DNA of 32,000 nt from Demequinaceae bacterium (lineage in GTDB: Bacteria; Actinomycetota; Actinomycetes; Actinomycetales; Demequinaceae): the NCBI GenBank assembly GCA_965250005.1, contig OZ252279.1, positions 660,001 to 692,000 of the forward strand. Reading direction: 5' to 3'. The position numbers were made by a program, and so were the translations under genes. The notes beneath the pieces are model-generated. The model ran no database searches and was not told the origin of the DNA. It worked only from the letters and a program-made list of their open reading frames with translations. Below, in pieces: positions 27,965 through 32,000 of the stretch. Within the stretch, counting starts at the first letter, position 1. Each line of letters opens with the position of its first letter.

Positions 27965-28103
27965 GGCAGCGCCGCTCGCGGCGTGATCAATTCCATATCG
28001 CTGCGACGCACCGTCGGGCATGGCCGGTGCTTTGTCCGCGTTACCCTCTGTGACACGCGAGGCCCGCATACAAGACTTATCGGCCCCGCAGAATGGAGCA
28101 ACA

Positions 28104-29132
28104 ATGGCCGTTCTCAACCGCCCGCCGGTGGTGGGCGCAAAAATCCCGGACATCGACTTGGTTTCGCCCAACGGCGCTCCGAGCGGGCTGCGCACCATCA
28201 TCGGTTCGCATGGCGCGATCGTGTATTTCATGCGCACGCCCACGTGCCCGGTTTGCAACGCACACGTGAAGAACCTTGCGCGGCTCGACGCCAATGACGA
28301 GTTTTCCGGCGTGCCACCCATCGTGATCGTGCCGGGCGGCAAGGACGCTGCGAACATCGTCGCCGTCCGTCACGGGACGGCGAACCTGTCTATCTGGGCA
28401 TCCGAGGAGGGGCACGCGCTGTTCGGCCTCGACGTCAAGATGACCATGCAGCAGAGCGGAACGTGGGTGGTCGACAGCGACTACACCGTCTCTCACGCGA
28501 CGGTGTCCACTATCCCGATCCAAGGCCTCGATCACGTCGCGGTGCGAGCAGCGAGTACTGCGCTCGCAGCTAAATCGGGTGCCAGCGCTCCCGCAGGTGA
28601 GATTGCCGTGGCGCGGCATGCTCGCCCCGTAGAGCCCGAACCCGCCGCGCTGTCTCGCCCGCCCGACCCTACGCTCGGCGACGCGGTCCGCTCCGAGCAA
28701 ATCCCCAACCCGCTGCTCGCCCGCCTTGGCGGCCTCGAACTGACTTCCGTCGCATTCGTGGGCGACTACGTGCAGCTCGTGTTCAACGGACCCACGCTTA
28801 GTTGCTTCACCTGGCCGACCGTGAAGAGCGGTGGCAGCGAGTTGCGCATCGGCGAACCCGGCTACCGCGACGCGCTGTGCGATTTGATGTCGCGCGCCGT
28901 GAGCTCAGCGGTCGAGCGCGAGGGCGACGGCCTCCGGATCGACCTGGGCGACGCCGCAATCGTCGTCAAGCCTGTCGACGGCGAGACGACTGGGCACGAA
29001 GTGGCGATGCTGTCCGGGTTCAGCGACCACGACTGGATGGTCTGGAGGCCCGGGGAGCCCGCATTCGCGGCCACCCAGCGACGCGTTGACGGTGTCAGTG
29101 CCAAGGCCTACACCGGGCGGCATGACCTCTGA
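28104..29132 (+). CDS. Peroxiredoxin/AhpC-TSA-like domain fused to an uncharacterised C-terminal domain
   Basis: MAVLNRPPVVGAKIPDIDLVSP...YFMRTPTCPVCNAHVKNL (CxxC); C-terminal LELTSVAFVGDYVQLVFNGPTLSCFTWP... not recognised. GGAG 8 nt upstream of ATG 28104. Confidence 0.8.
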   Translation: MAVLNRPPVVGAKIPDIDLVSPNGAPSGLRTIIGSHGAIVYFMRTPTCPVCNAHVKNLARLDANDEFSGVPPIVIVPGGKDAANIVAVRHGTANLSIWASEEGHALFGLDVKMTMQQSGTWVVDSDYTVSHATVSTIPIQGLDHVAVRAASTALAAKSGASAPAGEIAVARHARPVEPEPAALSRPPDPTLGDAVRSEQIPNPLLARLGGLELTSVAFVGDYVQLVFNGPTLSCFTWPTVKSGGSELRIGEPGYRDALCDLMSRAVSSAVEREGDGLRIDLGDAAIVVKPVDGETTGHEVAMLSGFSDHDWMVWRPGEPAFAATQRRVDGVSAKAYTGRHDL

Positions 29133-29484
29133 CCCCGCGCACCAGCACCACGGCATCGACTACACCGAAATCGGCGCGCTGGACCTCGACGCCGCAGCGG
29201 ACTACTACGGCCGCGCCTTCGGCTGGACGTTCACGGACTACGGCGCCACATACAAAGGATTCGCTTTCGCCGACGGCCGCGAGGGCGGTGGACTCGCGCC
29301 CGTGAGCTCCGTTAGACCGGGTGGTCCGCTCGTCATCCTGTACTCGGGCAACCTCGAGGCGACACTGGCCGCTGTGAAAGACGCGGGAGGCCTGATCGAG
29401 AAGGAAACCTACGCGTTTCCCGGCGGAAGGCGATTCCACTTCAAGGACCCGTCCGGCAACGAGCTGGCGGTCTGGGGAATCTAA
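29122..29484 (+). CDS. VOC (glyoxalase/bleomycin resistance-like) family protein
   Basis: GIDYTEIGALDLDAAADYYGRAFGWTFTDYG ... FKDPSGNELAVW; overlaps the previous gene by 11 bp. Start corrected from 29086. Confidence 0.88.
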   Translation: MTSDPAHQHHGIDYTEIGALDLDAAADYYGRAFGWTFTDYGATYKGFAFADGREGGGLAPVSSVRPGGPLVILYSGNLEATLAAVKDAGGLIEKETYAFPGGRRFHFKDPSGNELAVWGI

Positions 29485-29496
29485 CGAGGCTTTTCC

Positions 29497-32000
29497 CTAG
29501 ATATCGGTCACCACCGAGAACCAAATCGCCTCACTGATCGCGGGCGTAGAGGTCTCGATCAGCACGAACCATGCGGAGCCGGGCTCCACTCGGAAAGCCT
29601 CCGGATCCTCCGTCGGCTCGTAAGGCCATTGCTGGACCCCGACCCGCAGCCCCGGCCGGTCCGGTACGCAATAGGCGAAGGAGACCCAGCTTGTGAGACT
29701 CTGGTCCTCGCACAGCACCAGCGCGTCGCTCGCGATCGTGGGTGCGCCCAGGCTAGCGAGCGTCGCGCCAACCCAGTTCGCGGTCACCTCTCCAAGAATT
29801 TCGTCGGAAACACCCTCGAGGCGCCCGAGCGCGGCGGCCTCACCTGCGCCTCCCACGAACGCGACTGTCCCCTCAACGTTGGGGTTGGTGATGGTCCATG
29901 TTGCCGGAACAACCGCACTGACGCCGATGTGCGACACGACGACGTCACGGTAGTCGGCCGGCTCGAGTTCCCCAGCGAACGCGTCCCAGTAACTGAGGGC
30001 TTCGGACGTGGCCGTCAACGTGCCGTTCTCGTACACGTCGATGCGGTACTCGCCTCGCTCGAGAACGCCCACAGGGTAGCGGCTCACGATGTTTCGGTCG
30101 CACACCGTCCACAGGCTGCCGAACGTCGGGTTCTCCATGATTGCCCACGTGCCATCTGCTGAAGGCCGGTAGTACCAAACCAGACAAGCGTTCTGGTTGT
30201 CCGGCACCACCCCGGCTAGATCCACGACTCCGACGGACGACTCCCACGGCTCGATCGAGTACGCGGGTTGGAGATCTACTTCAGCGAAACTACGGGCGCC
30301 GCCAACGATGAGGCTTCGAAGGGGGTCGGTGAGGTCAAAATCTGGCAGGCGCTCGAGGTCATTCAACGCGTTCATGCGGACCCACACCCGCAGTGTTTCG
30401 GAGTCGAACGCGGCCGCCTCGCAAAGCCCGCTACTCTCGACTCCATCGAGGCTCAGCAAAGCGTGCCCGTACCTGTCTGCGGCAAGGTCAGCGTCGCCGC
30501 GCACCGCCGCTGCAAACGCCCAGTTGAAGCAAAAGTACGGGTTCGCCGGATCCGCGGCGAGCGCCTCCTCCGTCAGCTGTTCGCCTCGGGAAGCGAGCGG
30601 TCGGTCGTCGTTGAGGATTGACAGCGCAATCATGAGCCACCCGAGATCGGACTTCGCGACCGGGTCCTCGCTGCGAAGTTCAAGAACCGCGCGCTCCAGC
30701 GACCCAATCGAGGCCTCAATCTGACTCGGCGTCCAAGACGAGCTCCACGCGACGCTCGATTCCTCGCACAGCAGCGCATCGACCATGCGGACGTGGGCCG
30801 GCGCGAAAAGCGGAAGGCTGCGAGTCGCCGCAAGGGATAGCGCCTCCTTCTCGTCACACCCCTCAGCCACATTGGCGGCGACGTACGCCAGCGAGCCATT
30901 CACCAATTGATCCTGGGTGGGTGGGGCCGGGTATTGCGAAATGGCCCAGGTCGAAACCGCAATCCCGAACACCAGTCCGGTGGCAGCGGCGGCCATCAAC
31001 CAGCGTCGCCGTACCTGGTGCCCGCGCGGACTAGCAACGGCGAAAAGGAACCCGGCGAGACCGAAAATGACCACCGCAGTCTGAAGTTTCGCGCCAACGT
31101 CGCCCACGGCAAGCGCGGACTGGAGTGTCACCGAGGCCTGTGTCGAGCAAACGGAGCCCGCCGTTGCCGACAGGGCAACAAGCCGTGGCGCGAGATCCGG
31201 CATGCGCTCGCGATAGTCGGCGGCAACGCCCTCGAGGTACGAGTCGCCGCCTAGTCCCGCTCGCTTCCACGGAAGTAGCAGCTCGTCGCGGTTGATGCAG
31301 CCAAGATCACTACCGGCGGCGGATGGAGCCCCGGTTCCGAAGCGATCGAGTGCGACCTCCCATGACCTCTCAATCGCGGGCCAGGCGCTTCCCACGAGGG
31401 CTGCGCGCGCGGCAGAGTCCCCTGTGGTCTGCTCCGCAGCGTCCAGCCGGTCGAGCTCGAGCGCGCCGTCCAACGTCGCGAAGGCGACGTCAAGCCCGAG
31501 ACTTTGCGCGTTGATGGCCTCAGTACTCAGCGTGTCCGCCTCGGCCGTCAGAACGCGCTCCGCGCTCGCGGTGTAGGCAGAGCCGAGTACGGCAAACGTG
31601 AGCAGCAGGACCGTGATGGAGCCAAGGACTTCAGCCCACCAACGGATCGAGTGGCCCGCCCTGAGCCTGCGGATCTTCGCCCACAGTGAGGCGCGCTTGA
31701 CCGCCCACGCAAGCGCAACGAGCAATCCCGCAACCAGGACTAGGATTCCGAGCGCCTCCACCAGGCCACGGCCCGCGGCAACACCCGCGGCAACAATCAG
31801 ACCAAATCCCACACTGGCAAGCACAACCGCCGCCTGCACCCAGCGCCATGCGCGGCGCGGCGATCGAACGTTCTCCGCGAACGTGAGCCCCACCAGCGCC
31901 ATCGCCGCAATGGCGGCGGAAACCACAGCGAGGAGCTCTCCTCGGTCCATTCGAGTGGCTTGGTCGAGCAGTTGGACGTAACTGGGGACGCCCTTGCCGC
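29497..32000 (-). CDS. Large membrane protein of unknown function, probably continuing past the window edge
   Basis: ORF of at least 817 aa, six or so TM segments in the N-terminal half, helical-repeat-like then beta-rich C-terminal region. The 50 nt upstream of the called ATG are open in the same frame (GKGVPSYVQLLDQATR-MDRGELL) and no SD precedes that ATG. Confidence 0.75.
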   Translation of the reverse strand, partial: GKGVPSYVQLLDQATRMDRGELLAVVSAAIAAMALVGLTFAENVRSPRRAWRWVQAAVVLASVGFGLIVAAGVAAGRGLVEALGILVLVAGLLVALAWAVKRASLWAKIRRLRAGHSIRWWAEVLGSITVLLLTFAVLGSAYTASAERVLTAEADTLSTEAINAQSLGLDVAFATLDGALELDRLDAAEQTTGDSAARAALVGSAWPAIERSWEVALDRFGTGAPSAAGSDLGCINRDELLLPWKRAGLGGDSYLEGVAADYRERMPDLAPRLVALSATAGSVCSTQASVTLQSALAVGDVGAKLQTAVVIFGLAGFLFAVASPRGHQVRRRWLMAAAATGLVFGIAVSTWAISQYPAPPTQDQLVNGSLAYVAANVAEGCDEKEALSLAATRSLPLFAPAHVRMVDALLCEESSVAWSSSWTPSQIEASIGSLERAVLELRSEDPVAKSDLGWLMIALSILNDDRPLASRGEQLTEEALAADPANPYFCFNWAFAAAVRGDADLAADRYGHALLSLDGVESSGLCEAAAFDSETLRVWVRMNALNDLERLPDFDLTDPLRSLIVGGARSFAEVDLQPAYSIEPWESSVGVVDLAGVVPDNQNACLVWYYRPSADGTWAIMENPTFGSLWTVCDRNIVSRYPVGVLERGEYRIDVYENGTLTATSEALSYWDAFAGELEPADYRDVVVSHIGVSAVVPATWTITNPNVEGTVAFVGGAGEAAALGRLEGVSDEILGEVTANWVGATLASLGAPTIASDALVLCEDQSLTSWVSFAYCVPDRPGLRVGVQQWPYEPTEDPEAFRVEPGSAWFVLIETSTPAISEAIWFSVVTDI

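Noticed and set aside
1-32000. CRISPR arrays, tRNA/rRNA genes, IS elements, prophage or defence modules
   Set aside because: Looked for regularly spaced repeats, transposase/integrase motifs, and cloverleaf-like genes in intergenic regions; none found.

Overview
This 32 kb window is high-GC actinobacterial chromosome, most likely Micrococcales-like. It is almost entirely core metabolism. Clusters seen: pyrD (5' end)/pepA; lpdA-sucB-TIGR01777 epimerase...lipB-lipA (lipoate / 2-oxo-acid dehydrogenase); glnA...glnE-glnA2 (nitrogen); nadE-panB; ROK regulator; map-ppgK; plus several membrane or orphan proteins. I see no CRISPR array, tRNA/rRNA, prophage, transposon, defence island or recognisable BGC, and I do not think a large undescribed multi-gene system is present. 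The observations most worth following are small: (1) an apparent xylose isomerase (xylA) remnant of about 27 codons, divergent from an intact ROK repressor and followed by a 12-bp hairpin, which looks like a xylR/xylA deletion scar; (2) a precisely spaced four-half-site GlnR-like operator upstream of glnA; (3) an SD-equipped 11-codon leader ORF whose stop overlaps the lpdA GTG, in a 5' region with two mutually exclusive stems; (4) a recurring TANNNT-N6-start geometry at seven gene starts, consistent with leaderless transcripts, including two divergent starts only 32 bp apart at pyrD/pepA; (5) two SucB lipoyl domains sharing a 95-bp exact DNA identity; (6) a kinase-like protein without a recognisable ATP-binding N-lobe; (7) orphan architectures (redoxin + unknown C-terminal domain; 817-aa membrane protein).
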